Below are positions 9,296 to 19,308 of a stretch of DNA of 64,000 bases, one piece after another. Source of the stretch: an uncultured Poribacteria bacterium (GTDB taxonomy: Bacteria; Poribacteria; WGA-4E; WGA-3G). Within the stretch, counting starts at the first letter, position 1, and each line of letters begins with the position of its first letter. The stretch spans positions 480,001-544,000 of the forward strand of contig CATQHZ020000001.1 of NCBI GenBank assembly GCA_958296135.2. Reading direction: 5' to 3'. The position numbers and the translations under genes were made by a program. The notes beneath the pieces are model-generated. The model was not told where the DNA came from and made no database searches. It saw only the letters and a program-made list of their open reading frames with translations.

Positions 9296-10171
9296 CTATT
9301 CCTCCTTCATGGATGCCTGGCGAGGGACAGTGGACATCTCTGATGCCTGCCATTTCTCTAAAAACGTTTTGTAGTCCGCCTCGCGAGTCTCGCGAGTCCG
9401 GACGCTGAGCGTCGCAATACTAGCCTGTTGATAATTTGTCAACACTTCAAACACGACATCGCAATCGTGGATAGAGCCGAGCATCCGTTGCCACTCAACG
9501 ATTTCGATTAACGATGCCGCGTTTGGCGTGAAAGCCTCCATAGAATACCGGAGCCGTCGTATCGCAATGCGCATTTCGTGGAGCTCTTCGCGTCGCGCCG
9601 GGTCGCGAATAAAACGCGCCCATTCGTAAACGTCTTCAACCTTTTGTCGGATAATGTTTCGGATGTGCGCGCCGCGAAATTGCACCTCAAACGCCGGTGT
9701 ATCAAAAAACGTCAAAAACTTCGTCTCAAAATCGGATGCATCCAGTTTATCAAACAAGGCCAGCATCGGCTGCCGCGCCACTTCCCGTTGCTGTTTAAGG
9801 TGTGCAATCAACGCTTGCACATCCGCCTTCTCTGCTTCTCGCAGCGTGGCTTTTTCTTTGTAAAACCGCGCGATGAGGACATCCAAATCTCGCACGCCCC
9901 CCATCGTTCGGGTTATTTTCCTTATTTTTTTGTAACGTTTTTTGAATTTCTTTCCCACATAATCCGGAAAAGCGGTGGCAAAATCGTCTAGCGCGGTGCG
10001 CAATCGGCGCGATGCGACGCGCATGTCGTGGACAAATTTAATATCGGTGCCGTGCTTTGCGCCTTCTTTGTGGGCCATCATCTCACGGAAATACCCCGCG
10101 ATAATGTGCCGGGCGCATCGTGCTGAGTTCTTCATGTGACGTATGCCTTTTTGTGTTTTGTTGTTCGCCAC
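9296..10171 (-). CDS. CHAD domain protein (alternative start at 10135)
   Basis: VHDMRVASRRLR, GGVRDLDV, LHEMRIAIRRLRY, LGSIHDCDV. Confidence 0.88.
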   Translation of the reverse strand: MANNKTQKGIRHMKNSARCARHIIAGYFREMMAHKEGAKHGTDIKFVHDMRVASRRLRTALDDFATAFPDYVGKKFKKRYKKIRKITRTMGGVRDLDVLIARFYKEKATLREAEKADVQALIAHLKQQREVARQPMLALFDKLDASDFETKFLTFFDTPAFEVQFRGAHIRNIIRQKVEDVYEWARFIRDPARREELHEMRIAIRRLRYSMEAFTPNAASLIEIVEWQRMLGSIHDCDVVFEVLTNYQQASIATLSVRTRETREADYKTFLEKWQASEMSTVPRQASMKEE

Positions 10172-10287
10172 GCTGTGGGTTCATCCCGTATTGCGCGGGC
10201 CTGTCCCGCGCAATATTTCCCACGCGTGGTATCGGGCGAGGGCAGGTTTTCCCGCGCCCTGCGGGCTTAGTAAAAACCTTTGCATGT

Positions 10288-11667
10288 CTAAAAAAGCAAC
10301 AACTGCGCCAGCCAAAAATAGGTGAAAATGCCGAGCACATCAATGGCTGTTGTCACAAAAGGCCCCGTTGCAACGGCTGGATCTACGCGGATGCGTTTGA
10401 AAAACATGGGGACGAGCGTTCCTACCGTCGCCGCTATCATCATGTTCACGAAGATGGCCAGGGTGACAACTAGGGGCAGTTTCCATGCGTGCTCCTGCAA
10501 ATTCGGAAAGAGACTCGCGATACCGCCGAGCAGTAGCCCATACGTTGTGCCGAGCAGTGCGCCGGTGCTGCATTCGCGCCACAGCACCTTCCACGTATCC
10601 TTGATGTCCACCTCGCCGATGGCGATACTGCGCACGATAATGGTGGAGGACTGCGTTCCAATGTTGCCGCCCATCCCCATGATGATGGGGATAAACGCGG
10701 CGAGTGCGGCGATAGCCTCCAGTTGCGCCTCAAAAATGCGGATGACATAGAGTGCCAGCAACCCGCCGCCGAAGCTGGCGAGCAGCCACGGTAGGCGTGC
10801 CCGCGTATTCTTGAGGATGGAACGGGACGTGATGTCCAGTGCACCTGTGCCGGCCATATTCAGCATATCTTCTGTGTTTTTCTCCCGAATGACATCGACG
10901 ACATCGTCAATCGTCACAATGCCGACGAGTTCGCCGATGCTGTTAATCACCGGTATGGCGAGGAGGTTGTATCGCGCGACGGCGCGCGCCACCTCTTCCT
11001 GCGGCATGTCGGTGTGCACCGAATAGATGTGCGAGGACATTAAATGTTTGAGCGGTGTCCCCGGCTTCGTCGCCACGAGTTGCCGGAGGGACAAAACCCC
11101 TTTCAGTTTATTTTCTGCGTCTACGACATAGACGTAGAAAACCATCTCTACGTCAGCGAGTTGGCGGATGCGTTCGGTTGCCTCGGTAGCGGTTGTCTCC
11201 TCCGATAGTGCGAGGAAATTCGGAATCATGATGGCCCCCGCGGTCTTCTCCTCGTATTCCAAGAGGTGTCCGACATCCGCGGAGGTTTCGCCCTCGATGA
11301 GATTCAGCAATTCTACCCGCTTTTCTTCCGGTAGATAGGAGAGAATGCGGGTGACATCGTCTGCGGGCATCGTGTGCAGGATACTGGCGATTGCGCCCGA
11401 TTCGGTTTGTTCAATGAATTCACCGATGTCCGTGCTGTTCAGGTCGCGCAGTACTTCGCCCATTCGTTCTTCCTGCATCAGGAGTGTGAAGAGGCTGCGC
11501 TTCTCCTCGTCGCGCAAGCGCGGAAACCACCGCGCGATGTCAGCAGAATGCGTTTTGGCGATAATATTCCGCAGATTCGGCAAGGCGTTCCGTTTGATTA
11601 ACCGAACGACAGTGGAGATAAGCAACTCGTCGGTGTCATGCGTCGTAATGATTGTTTGGCCTTGCAT
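10288..11667 (-). CDS. mgtE: Magnesium transporter MgtE
   Basis: MgtE_N plus CBS pair, RLPWL, GMGGNIGTQ, DPAVATGPFVTT; start moved to ATG 11667 because the upstream part of the ORF is repeat sequence. Confidence 0.93.
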   Translation of the reverse strand: MQGQTIITTHDTDELLISTVVRLIKRNALPNLRNIIAKTHSADIARWFPRLRDEEKRSLFTLLMQEERMGEVLRDLNSTDIGEFIEQTESGAIASILHTMPADDVTRILSYLPEEKRVELLNLIEGETSADVGHLLEYEEKTAGAIMIPNFLALSEETTATEATERIRQLADVEMVFYVYVVDAENKLKGVLSLRQLVATKPGTPLKHLMSSHIYSVHTDMPQEEVARAVARYNLLAIPVINSIGELVGIVTIDDVVDVIREKNTEDMLNMAGTGALDITSRSILKNTRARLPWLLASFGGGLLALYVIRIFEAQLEAIAALAAFIPIIMGMGGNIGTQSSTIIVRSIAIGEVDIKDTWKVLWRECSTGALLGTTYGLLLGGIASLFPNLQEHAWKLPLVVTLAIFVNMMIAATVGTLVPMFFKRIRVDPAVATGPFVTTAIDVLGIFTYFWLAQLLLF

Positions 11668-11734
11668 ATCTGTTCCCATCGTGCAAAGCGAGGGGAACCC
11701 TCGGCGATTCGCGCTCGCCGGGTTTTCCCTCGCC

Positions 11735-12823
11735 CTACGGTGAAGGGGCGGCATTTTTGGCACGCTGCCGAAGGAGCTGGTCTGTGAGAACAATCGCTGT
11801 CATCGCTTCCACAATCGCCGGGGCGCGCACTAATACGCACGGATCGTGCCGTCCACTCGCCGCTAATTCTACCGCGTTACCGTGAATATCTACCGTCTCC
11901 TGCGCTTTGCCGATGGTGGCAGTCGGTTTAAACGCCACCTGAAAGACAATGTTTTCGCCGTTTGAAATGCCGCCTTGCGTGCCGCCAGAATTGTTCGTGC
12001 GGGTGCGGATGCGGCCCTCCTCGTTGTAAAATGCGTCGTTATGTTCTGAACCTGTCAGCGTGGTGCCGCCGAACCCTGAGCCGATTTGAAATCCCATCGT
12101 CGCGGGTAGTGACATCATCGCCTTGGCCAGTTCTGCCTTAAGTTTATCAAAAATCGGTTCGCCGAGTCCGACAGGTACATTACGCGCCACGGCTTCAATC
12201 ACGCCGCCGAGAGAATCCCGGTCGCGCCGTGCTGCGTCAATGCGTTCCGCCATCTGCGGACTTACGTCCGGATTTGGGCATCGCACTGGGCTTGCCTCTA
12301 TCTGCGCGAGCGTTACCGTGTTGGTGTCCACCTCCGCTGTCAAAGTATGAATTTGCTTGACGTAAGCGAGGATTTCGGTATCTTCCTGTTCGCGCAAGAT
12401 TTGCTTTGCGATTGCGCCTGCGGCGACGCGGCCGATAGTCTCTCTTGCGCTTGCTCTGCCGCCGCCCTGCCAATTCCGAATGCCATATTTTTGCTGGTAT
12501 GTAAAATCTGCATGCGATGGCCGGTAGACATCCTTCAGGTGTTTGTAATCTGAAGGGCGCGCGTTTTTGTTCCATACCAGCATCGAGATAGGCGTGCCGA
12601 GCGTTTTGCCTTCAAATACGCCTGAAAGCATCTCCACGACATCGCCTTCTTGGCGCGGTGTGGTGAGGTGGCTTTGGCCCGGCTTGCGCCGGTCGAGTTC
12701 AAATTGTATTGCGGATATGTCAAGAGCCAGTTGCGGTGGGCATCCGTCAACGACAACGCCGACGGCTCCGCCGTGCGATTCGCCCCATGTCGTTATCCGA
12801 AAAAGGTGCCCGAATGTGTTCAT
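11735..12823 (-). CDS. aroC: Chorismate synthase
   Basis: TWGESHG, RPSHAD, RASARET, GGISNG, GRHDPCV. Confidence 0.97.
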   Translation of the reverse strand: MNTFGHLFRITTWGESHGGAVGVVVDGCPPQLALDISAIQFELDRRKPGQSHLTTPRQEGDVVEMLSGVFEGKTLGTPISMLVWNKNARPSDYKHLKDVYRPSHADFTYQQKYGIRNWQGGGRASARETIGRVAAGAIAKQILREQEDTEILAYVKQIHTLTAEVDTNTVTLAQIEASPVRCPNPDVSPQMAERIDAARRDRDSLGGVIEAVARNVPVGLGEPIFDKLKAELAKAMMSLPATMGFQIGSGFGGTTLTGSEHNDAFYNEEGRIRTRTNNSGGTQGGISNGENIVFQVAFKPTATIGKAQETVDIHGNAVELAASGRHDPCVLVRAPAIVEAMTAIVLTDQLLRQRAKNAAPSP

Positions 12824-12941
12824 GTTGTGTGCTTCTGTTTTTTAGGTTGTTGAATTTTTGCATCCTATGGTATTATATGATACTATAACAGATTTTGCAG
12901 TTAATGTGCAAGCAAAAACGCACAGGTAAACGAAGAAAAAC

Positions 12942-13610
12942 ATGCAACTTTTTAAACGCTACATCGCCTTACTGCTCATTTTCATCGCCATCGGGCTGTT
13001 GTGGAATACCGTGTTCGTCTATCCACTCAAAATCTTCGTTGTGTTTATGCACGAAGTCAGCCACGGGCTCGCGGCGGTTGTCACCGGTGGCCGCATCGTT
13101 GAGCTCCAGATTAACCCGCAGCAAGGTGGGCTCGCGCTCACCGCGGGCGGTTCCCGGTTTTGGACGCTCACCGCCGGCTACCTCGGCAGTCTGATGTGGG
13201 GCGGGCTTATCCTGCTTGCGGCGGCACGCACGCAATGGGATAAGGCAATTAGCGTCCTCATCGGCATCGGCATGCTAATCATCGGCATCGGCTTTGGAAG
13301 GGAACTGTTCACGCTTCTCTTCTGCATCGGCTTCGGCGTGGGGTTGAGCGCGATGGGCATGTTTCTGCCGGAGGCTGCCAACGATTGGGTGCTGCGCACG
13401 ATTGGCGTGACGAGCTGCCTCTACGCCATCCTTGACATCAAAAGCGACGTGCTAGACAGGGCACACCTCCGTTCCGACGCGCGTATGCTCGCCGAGATAA
13501 CCTTCCTCTCCACAGAAATGTGGGGGATTATCTGGATTGTCGTCGCTGTCGTGCTCACTTTCTGGTTTCTCTACCTCGCCGGTAAATCCACCAAAGAAAC
13601 GCGCCCTTAA
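12942..13610 (+). CDS. M50B family membrane metallopeptidase
   Basis: HEVSH (HExxH), AGYLG, SDA motif, several TM segments. Confidence 0.85.
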   Translation: MQLFKRYIALLLIFIAIGLLWNTVFVYPLKIFVVFMHEVSHGLAAVVTGGRIVELQINPQQGGLALTAGGSRFWTLTAGYLGSLMWGGLILLAAARTQWDKAISVLIGIGMLIIGIGFGRELFTLLFCIGFGVGLSAMGMFLPEAANDWVLRTIGVTSCLYAILDIKSDVLDRAHLRSDARMLAEITFLSTEMWGIIWIVVAVVLTFWFLYLAGKSTKETRP

Positions 13611-13825
13611 TTTCCCTGCGGGAACGATGGCAAGTTCACGTCGCTAACGAAGAGGAACAACGAACCGATGCCTAACAGAAAAAGCGGCACGCAGATGAGC
13701 AGGATGAGGATGAAGCATCCCCATACCCACGAACCTTTGGATTTCGCGACTGTCGCTAAACGCGTAGGGAACATGCCACCGGCTATCATGATTAAAACTA
13801 TCAGGCCGAATACGGCGATTAACAT
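13607..13825 (-). CDS. Small membrane protein with two TM segments
   Basis: AAGGA RBS, ATG at 13825, two hydrophobic stretches. Confidence 0.55.
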   Translation of the reverse strand: MLIAVFGLIVLIMIAGGMFPTRLATVAKSKGSWVWGCFILILLICVPLFLLGIGSLFLFVSDVNLPSFPQGN

Positions 13826-13850
13826 ATTTCTTTCCTTTGTTCGGAATCTA

Positions 13851-14205
13851 ACGTAGCGCGGGGGGCTGTCCCCCACGAGCGGGGCATGGCGCGGCACAGG
13901 ACCGCGCCCTACGGTGAAGAAGGATGCTCGATAGACCCGGGATGGCGCGGCACAGGACCGCGCCCTACGGTATCAGACACCCCCCTGGTGCCCGTAGCGC
14001 GGGGGCCGTCACGCCGAAACGTTGTCATCTCTGCAGCCTCGCTGCAGAGATGTCCACTGTCCCCCGAGAGCGATGCATGGCGAGGGATAGGCTTTCAGGG
14101 GCATCGAGACGCGGGAGGGCGCGCCTACCAAGAATCGAGACGCGGGAGGGCGCGCCTACCGGCAAGCGATGCATGGCGAAGAACCGACCCGAGCCCTACG
14201 GAAAA
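13851..14205. repeat. Intergenic cluster of GTAG-type REP-like palindromes (families A and C)
   Basis: ggcgcggcacaggaccgcgccctac twice, gtagcgcgggggc..., atcgagacgcgggagggcgcgcctac twice. Confidence 0.9.
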
Positions 14206-14242
14206 GAGTGGCAATTCAAGACGATACGAAATTTGATAAAAT

Positions 14243-16198
14243 ATGTCCCCCACAGCACAGAGCACCGCACAGAGCACCGCACAGAGCACATCACAGAGCA
14301 CATCACAGAGCACCGTCACCTTACGCGCGACGCTCATCGGCATCCTTCTCATCCCCTTTAACAGTTACTGGATTCTGCATCTCAGCTACATCTGGGATTC
14401 CAATCGTCCTACCAGTTTGGCGTTGCTGTTCAATGTGCTTTTTACGTTGCTCGTCCTCATCGCACTCAGCGCGTTGCTGCGCCGCTTCCGGCCGCGGCTG
14501 GCGTTGAGGCAAACCGAACTGCTGACTATCTACGCGATGCTGTGCCAAGCGTCCGTTTTCGCCGGGCGAGATATGCTCCAAGTGCTCATTCCCCTGCTCG
14601 GCAACGGTTTTTGGTATGCCACCCCCGAAAACGAATGGGCCCAACTCTTTCATCAACATCTGCCCGAGTGGCTTGTCGTTGGGAAGCAGGAGGTGCTGCG
14701 CGGTTTCTATGAAGGCGAATCTACGTTCTACCTGCAAACCCATATCCACGCGTGGCTGCTGCCGGTGCTCATCTGGGTGGGTTTCTGCCTTGTCATCGGG
14801 GTGACAATGCTCTGCCTCAACGTGCTGTTACGCAAGCAGTGGCAGGAGCACGAACGCCTCACCTACCCTATCGCGCAACTCCCTTATGAAATCACGCAAG
14901 GGACAAGCGCGTTTCTCAATCGACGGACTATGGCGGTGGGCGTGAGCATCGCCGCCATCCTTAACCTACTCTATAGTTTACACCAAATCGATCCGGTTTT
15001 TCCAACAATTCCGCTCTATCACGGGTTTCGCCTGGCCGAAAAGCCGTGGAGCGCGATGAACAACCCCGGGTTTCGCCTCAGTTTCTTCCCGTTTGCCATC
15101 GGTGTCGGCTTCCTTATTCCGCTGGACTTGGGGTTCTCCTGCTGGTTCTTTCACCTCTTCTGGCACTTTGAACGGATTATCGGCGAGAGTTTCGGCTGGC
15201 GCAGTGCTATCGGTTTTCCGCGCGAAATGGCACAAATCCGCGGCGTGTGGATAGGGCTGTTCCTCTGGACAGCGTGGATGGGCCGCGCGCATCTCCAAGC
15301 GATTTGGCGTGCGGTGTTCGGCACGGGACAACCATCGCACGATGCAGGTGAAGCGTTACGCTATAAAACCGCTGCTATCGGCGTGCTGCTTGGGCTTACC
15401 GTGATTCTGGGATTCTGTGTCAAGGCGGGGATGTCCCTGTGGTTCGCGTGCCTCTTTTTCGTTCTCTATTTCGCGATGTCGGTGACAATTACGCGTATCC
15501 GCGCCGAATTAGGGCCCCCCGCGCACGATCTCTATAACGCTGGGCCAGATCTGTTGTTAACAGACGCACTCGGCACGCGCCGGATTGGCCCGCGGAATCT
15601 CTCAGTTATGTCGCTTTTCTTTTGGTTGAACCACCTCTCTTATCGTGCGCACCCGATGCCGCATCAGTTGGAGGCCCTGAAACTCGCGCACCAAACCCGT
15701 TTTAACCCATCGCACTTGCTGTGGGTATTGGCACTTGCGATTTTCGTGGGCGCGCTATCGGCGGCGTGGGGACATCTGCATCTCTCCTATCAGGTTGGGT
15801 TAGAGCAGGCGCGTTCGTGGTACGCGCGCGCCGCATTCAACCGCCTCGCCGGGTGGCTCTATAACCCGAGTGAGACAAGTCTCAGCGGATTGCTCTACAC
15901 GGCAGGCGGGTTTGTCTTCGCCATGAGTCTCCTGCTGTTGCGCTGGCGATTCATCCAGTGGCCCTTGCATCCCGTCGGCTACGTTGTCTCCAGTTGGTGG
16001 ACGTTTACCGGGCTGTGGTTTCCGCTCCTCATCAGCTGGACGGTGAAGCGCGTCTTGCTTTCTACGGGCGGCGTGCGGTTGTATCGGCGGGCAATCCCAT
16101 TTTTCATCGGGCTCGTCATCGGTGATGTCATCGTGGCATCGGTGATTAGCATCCTCGGTCTCCTCTTCGATTTCCGCGTTGTCTATCTCAGTTGGTAA
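14243..16198 (+). CDS. Large polytopic membrane protein (DUF6785/DUF6784-like putative peptide transporter)
   Basis: RKQWQEHERLTYPI, RIRAELG, WPLHPVGY, GGVRLYR..PFFIGL; N-terminal 12-bp tandem repeat. Confidence 0.7.
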   Translation: MSPTAQSTAQSTAQSTSQSTSQSTVTLRATLIGILLIPFNSYWILHLSYIWDSNRPTSLALLFNVLFTLLVLIALSALLRRFRPRLALRQTELLTIYAMLCQASVFAGRDMLQVLIPLLGNGFWYATPENEWAQLFHQHLPEWLVVGKQEVLRGFYEGESTFYLQTHIHAWLLPVLIWVGFCLVIGVTMLCLNVLLRKQWQEHERLTYPIAQLPYEITQGTSAFLNRRTMAVGVSIAAILNLLYSLHQIDPVFPTIPLYHGFRLAEKPWSAMNNPGFRLSFFPFAIGVGFLIPLDLGFSCWFFHLFWHFERIIGESFGWRSAIGFPREMAQIRGVWIGLFLWTAWMGRAHLQAIWRAVFGTGQPSHDAGEALRYKTAAIGVLLGLTVILGFCVKAGMSLWFACLFFVLYFAMSVTITRIRAELGPPAHDLYNAGPDLLLTDALGTRRIGPRNLSVMSLFFWLNHLSYRAHPMPHQLEALKLAHQTRFNPSHLLWVLALAIFVGALSAAWGHLHLSYQVGLEQARSWYARAAFNRLAGWLYNPSETSLSGLLYTAGGFVFAMSLLLLRWRFIQWPLHPVGYVVSSWWTFTGLWFPLLISWTVKRVLLSTGGVRLYRRAIPFFIGLVIGDVIVASVISILGLLFDFRVVYLSW

Positions 16199-16249
16199 TG
16201 CTTCTGAATTGTCTGAATCAGGATTTATAGGATTTGCAGAGGGAAAGGG

Positions 16250-19105
16250 CTACTTGGCATCCATCCAATTATCGCCAATGCCCGCCTCCGTGCGGAGAGG
16301 GACGCGCAGCGATGTGACGTTCTCCATCTCTTCACACACAATCGCGGCGTGTGTCTCCGCGAACGCTTCCGGCGTTTCAAGCACCAACTCATCGTGGATT
16401 TGCAGGAGCATCTTCAAGGGCAGCCGGTCCCTGTCGATGCGGTGTTGCACGCGCACCATGGCGGCTTTCATCAGATCTGCCGCTGTGCCTTGCACGACGG
16501 TATTGATTGCTAACCGTTCGCCTTGGCTCCGCCGATTTTGGGAGGTGGAGAAAATTTCAGGGATGGTGCGTCGCCGCCCCGTCAGCGTCTTAACATACCC
16601 CTGAGCCAATGCTTCCTCGATGCACTGTAGGAGAAAGCGATCTATCCCCGGAAACTGCGCTTTATAGTCCCGAATCAGCTGTGCTGCCTCCCGCACCTTC
16701 ATGCCTTTAATCCGCCGTGCGAGTCCCGTCGCGGACACGCCGTAGATGATGCCGAAGTTGATGCTCTTTGCTTTATCCCGAAGTGCTCGCGTGACTTCTG
16801 TCATCGGCACGTCAAACACTTGCGAGGCGACCGCGGTGTGGATGTCCAACTCCTGTGCAAATGCTTCAAGCAGCTGTTCATCTTGGCTAAAGTGCGCGAG
16901 TATGCGGAGTTCGATCTGCGAATAATCGGCGCAGATTAACTTACATCCGGCGGGTGCTTTGAAGGCGAGGCGAAGCTGCCTGCCAATTTCGGTGCGCACA
17001 GGAATGTTCTGCAGATTCGGCCGGTCGGATTTTAACCGTCCCGTCGCTGTCATCAGCTGATAGAAGTGGGTGTGAATCCGCTCGGTTTTTTCGTCTACGG
17101 CGTGTTGCAACTGCTCCAAGTAGGTGCTTTCAAGTTTACGAAATTGGCGATACTCCGTGATGAGGCGTGGGACGCCGGTCTTCGGCTGATTCACATCTTC
17201 GTTTACAGAGAGAGCCTCTAGCACGGTGACATCGGTTGAGACTTTTCCGCCCTTCGTCCGTTTCACGGGTTTGAAACCGAGTTCGCCGAACAGCACTACT
17301 GCTAGTTGCGGTGGCGAATCAATGTTAAAGGGGTGCCCGACGATGCCAAAAATCTGTTGCGCCCGCTGCTCAACGAGGTTTTGAATGACAGTCTTTTGCC
17401 GTTTCAACGCCTCTTTGTCGCAGATGATGCCGTGATATTCCATCTCTGCGAGGACAGGTGCGAGGGGTGATTCTATCTCCTGCACCAATTCGGTGATGCC
17501 CATTTCCTCCAACGTTGGCGTGAGGAAGTGGTAGAGCCGCAAGGCGATGTCGGCATCCTCTGCGGCGTAAAGCGTGGCTTTGTCCAAGGGGACTTTATCA
17601 ATTGAACGGTTGTCTTTCGGCTGAGCGAAGAGTGACAGTTCCGTATCTGTGTCCTCGTCAGCGATGAGTTCGTCAAAGGAGATCATCTTGTGATTGAGAC
17701 GATGCAATGCGAGGGTGTCCAGATTATGGGATGGCGTGCGTGCATCGACGAGTCGGCTCGCCAGCAGCGTATCAAATGCGACACCTTGGAGTTTCACGCC
17801 GTTGCGGATGAGAATGCCGGCATCAAACTTGAGGTTGTGTCCACACTTTGGCAATTCTGGGTTCTCCAGAATGGGTTTGAGATGCGCCAGCACCGTTTCG
17901 GCATCGAGATGCTGTTCTGGTTCAAGTGAGCGGATTGGCACATAGACACCGTGTTTCGGTTTCCACGCGAAACTTAACCCACAGAGTGCCGCCTCGCGTG
18001 CCAATCCATCGGTTTCGGTATCGAGACTCACCATTTTCTGCGCGGCGAGTGTCTCAACGAGTTCTTCCAATTGCGCGTGGGTGAGGATTGCCGAGTATTC
18101 GCCGGTTTCCGCGGTGTCGTAGTCGCCTTTTTCCAAAATGGCATCGGTTTTCTCTTCAAGTGCGGCTACGCGTTCCTTGCGCGTGGGAGTCTCAGGTGCG
18201 ATGGATGTCGCTTGTCCGCCAGCGAGTTCGTTGACAACCTTGTCGAAACGTTTGAGTTCGAGCTCTCGGAAGAGCGGTTGGATTTTCTGGAGCTCAAACG
18301 GTTTGACGCGCGCCTGCTCCAGCGAGAAATTTAAGTCTGCATCGCGTTTCAGCGTCACCAATTTTCGCGAGAGGGGCAGCTGCTGTTCGCGCGCTTTCTC
18401 TAAATTCTCACGCCGCTTGCCTTTAATCTCATCGATGTTGGCGAAAATCCCATCAATGGTGCCGAAATCGTAAATCAACTTCGCCGCCGTTTTCAAGCCG
18501 ATTCCTACCACGCCCGGCACATTGTCGGTACTATCGCCCATCAACGCCAACACATCAATGACTTGGGAGGGTTTAATCCGCTTCGTCTGCCACAAGGCGT
18601 GGACATCAATGGTTTTGTCGTTGTGGATGTCAAGCATCGTTACGCGCCGGCCGAGGAGTTGCTCGAGGTCTTTGTCTTTCGAGACGATAGCGACGTGGAC
18701 ATTGCGCGCTGTCGGTTCGTCAAGCACAGCTTGTGTGACAGATGCGATGATGTCGTCAGCCTCCAACTCCGTTGTGCCGAGCGTCAGGATGCCGAACGCC
18801 TTGAGCACCTGTTCGATGCGGTGAATCTGCGTCACGAGTTCGTCCGGTGGCGGCGAGCGATGCGCTTTGTAGTCGGCGTAAAGTTCATCGCGGAAGGTTT
18901 TGCCGGGCGTATCGATTGCGGCGACGACATACTTCGCCTGACATTCGGTAAGAAGTTTGAGCAGCGTGCTCGTAAAACCGAAGATGGCGTTGGTGGGTTC
19001 GCCTGTGATGGAGCTGGTTAGCCGAGTTCTGATGGCGTAGTATGCCCGGAATATCTCGGCGTACGTGTCGAGGATGTATAAGGTCTCTTGCTGTTGGGCT
19101 GGCAT
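16250..19105 (-). CDS. polA: DNA polymerase I
   Basis: 5'-3' exonuclease (EADD, GDSTDNVPGV), 3'-5' exonuclease (LDTET), polymerase motifs ADYSQIELR, AKSINFGIIYG, QIHDEL; start at ATG 19105 after AGGAG. Confidence 0.97.
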   Translation of the reverse strand: MPAQQQETLYILDTYAEIFRAYYAIRTRLTSSITGEPTNAIFGFTSTLLKLLTECQAKYVVAAIDTPGKTFRDELYADYKAHRSPPPDELVTQIHRIEQVLKAFGILTLGTTELEADDIIASVTQAVLDEPTARNVHVAIVSKDKDLEQLLGRRVTMLDIHNDKTIDVHALWQTKRIKPSQVIDVLALMGDSTDNVPGVVGIGLKTAAKLIYDFGTIDGIFANIDEIKGKRRENLEKAREQQLPLSRKLVTLKRDADLNFSLEQARVKPFELQKIQPLFRELELKRFDKVVNELAGGQATSIAPETPTRKERVAALEEKTDAILEKGDYDTAETGEYSAILTHAQLEELVETLAAQKMVSLDTETDGLAREAALCGLSFAWKPKHGVYVPIRSLEPEQHLDAETVLAHLKPILENPELPKCGHNLKFDAGILIRNGVKLQGVAFDTLLASRLVDARTPSHNLDTLALHRLNHKMISFDELIADEDTDTELSLFAQPKDNRSIDKVPLDKATLYAAEDADIALRLYHFLTPTLEEMGITELVQEIESPLAPVLAEMEYHGIICDKEALKRQKTVIQNLVEQRAQQIFGIVGHPFNIDSPPQLAVVLFGELGFKPVKRTKGGKVSTDVTVLEALSVNEDVNQPKTGVPRLITEYRQFRKLESTYLEQLQHAVDEKTERIHTHFYQLMTATGRLKSDRPNLQNIPVRTEIGRQLRLAFKAPAGCKLICADYSQIELRILAHFSQDEQLLEAFAQELDIHTAVASQVFDVPMTEVTRALRDKAKSINFGIIYGVSATGLARRIKGMKVREAAQLIRDYKAQFPGIDRFLLQCIEEALAQGYVKTLTGRRRTIPEIFSTSQNRRSQGERLAINTVVQGTAADLMKAAMVRVQHRIDRDRLPLKMLLQIHDELVLETPEAFAETHAAIVCEEMENVTSLRVPLRTEAGIGDNWMDAK

Positions 19106-19308
19106 AGTTTTGTTGCTCCTAGCGGTTAAATCTTTTCGCTTCTGTAGGTTGCGCTCGCCCGAGCGCACCAAGTCAAACTCGTTTGGCAAGGATGCCAGAA
19201 CTTCAGACGCTGAGGCCAGAACTTCAGACGCTGAGGGATGACCGTTGTCCCTTTTCACTGCGGATAGCAAAACCGAAAACTGAATGGTGCTTGGGTTTAA
19301 GGCAGGTG

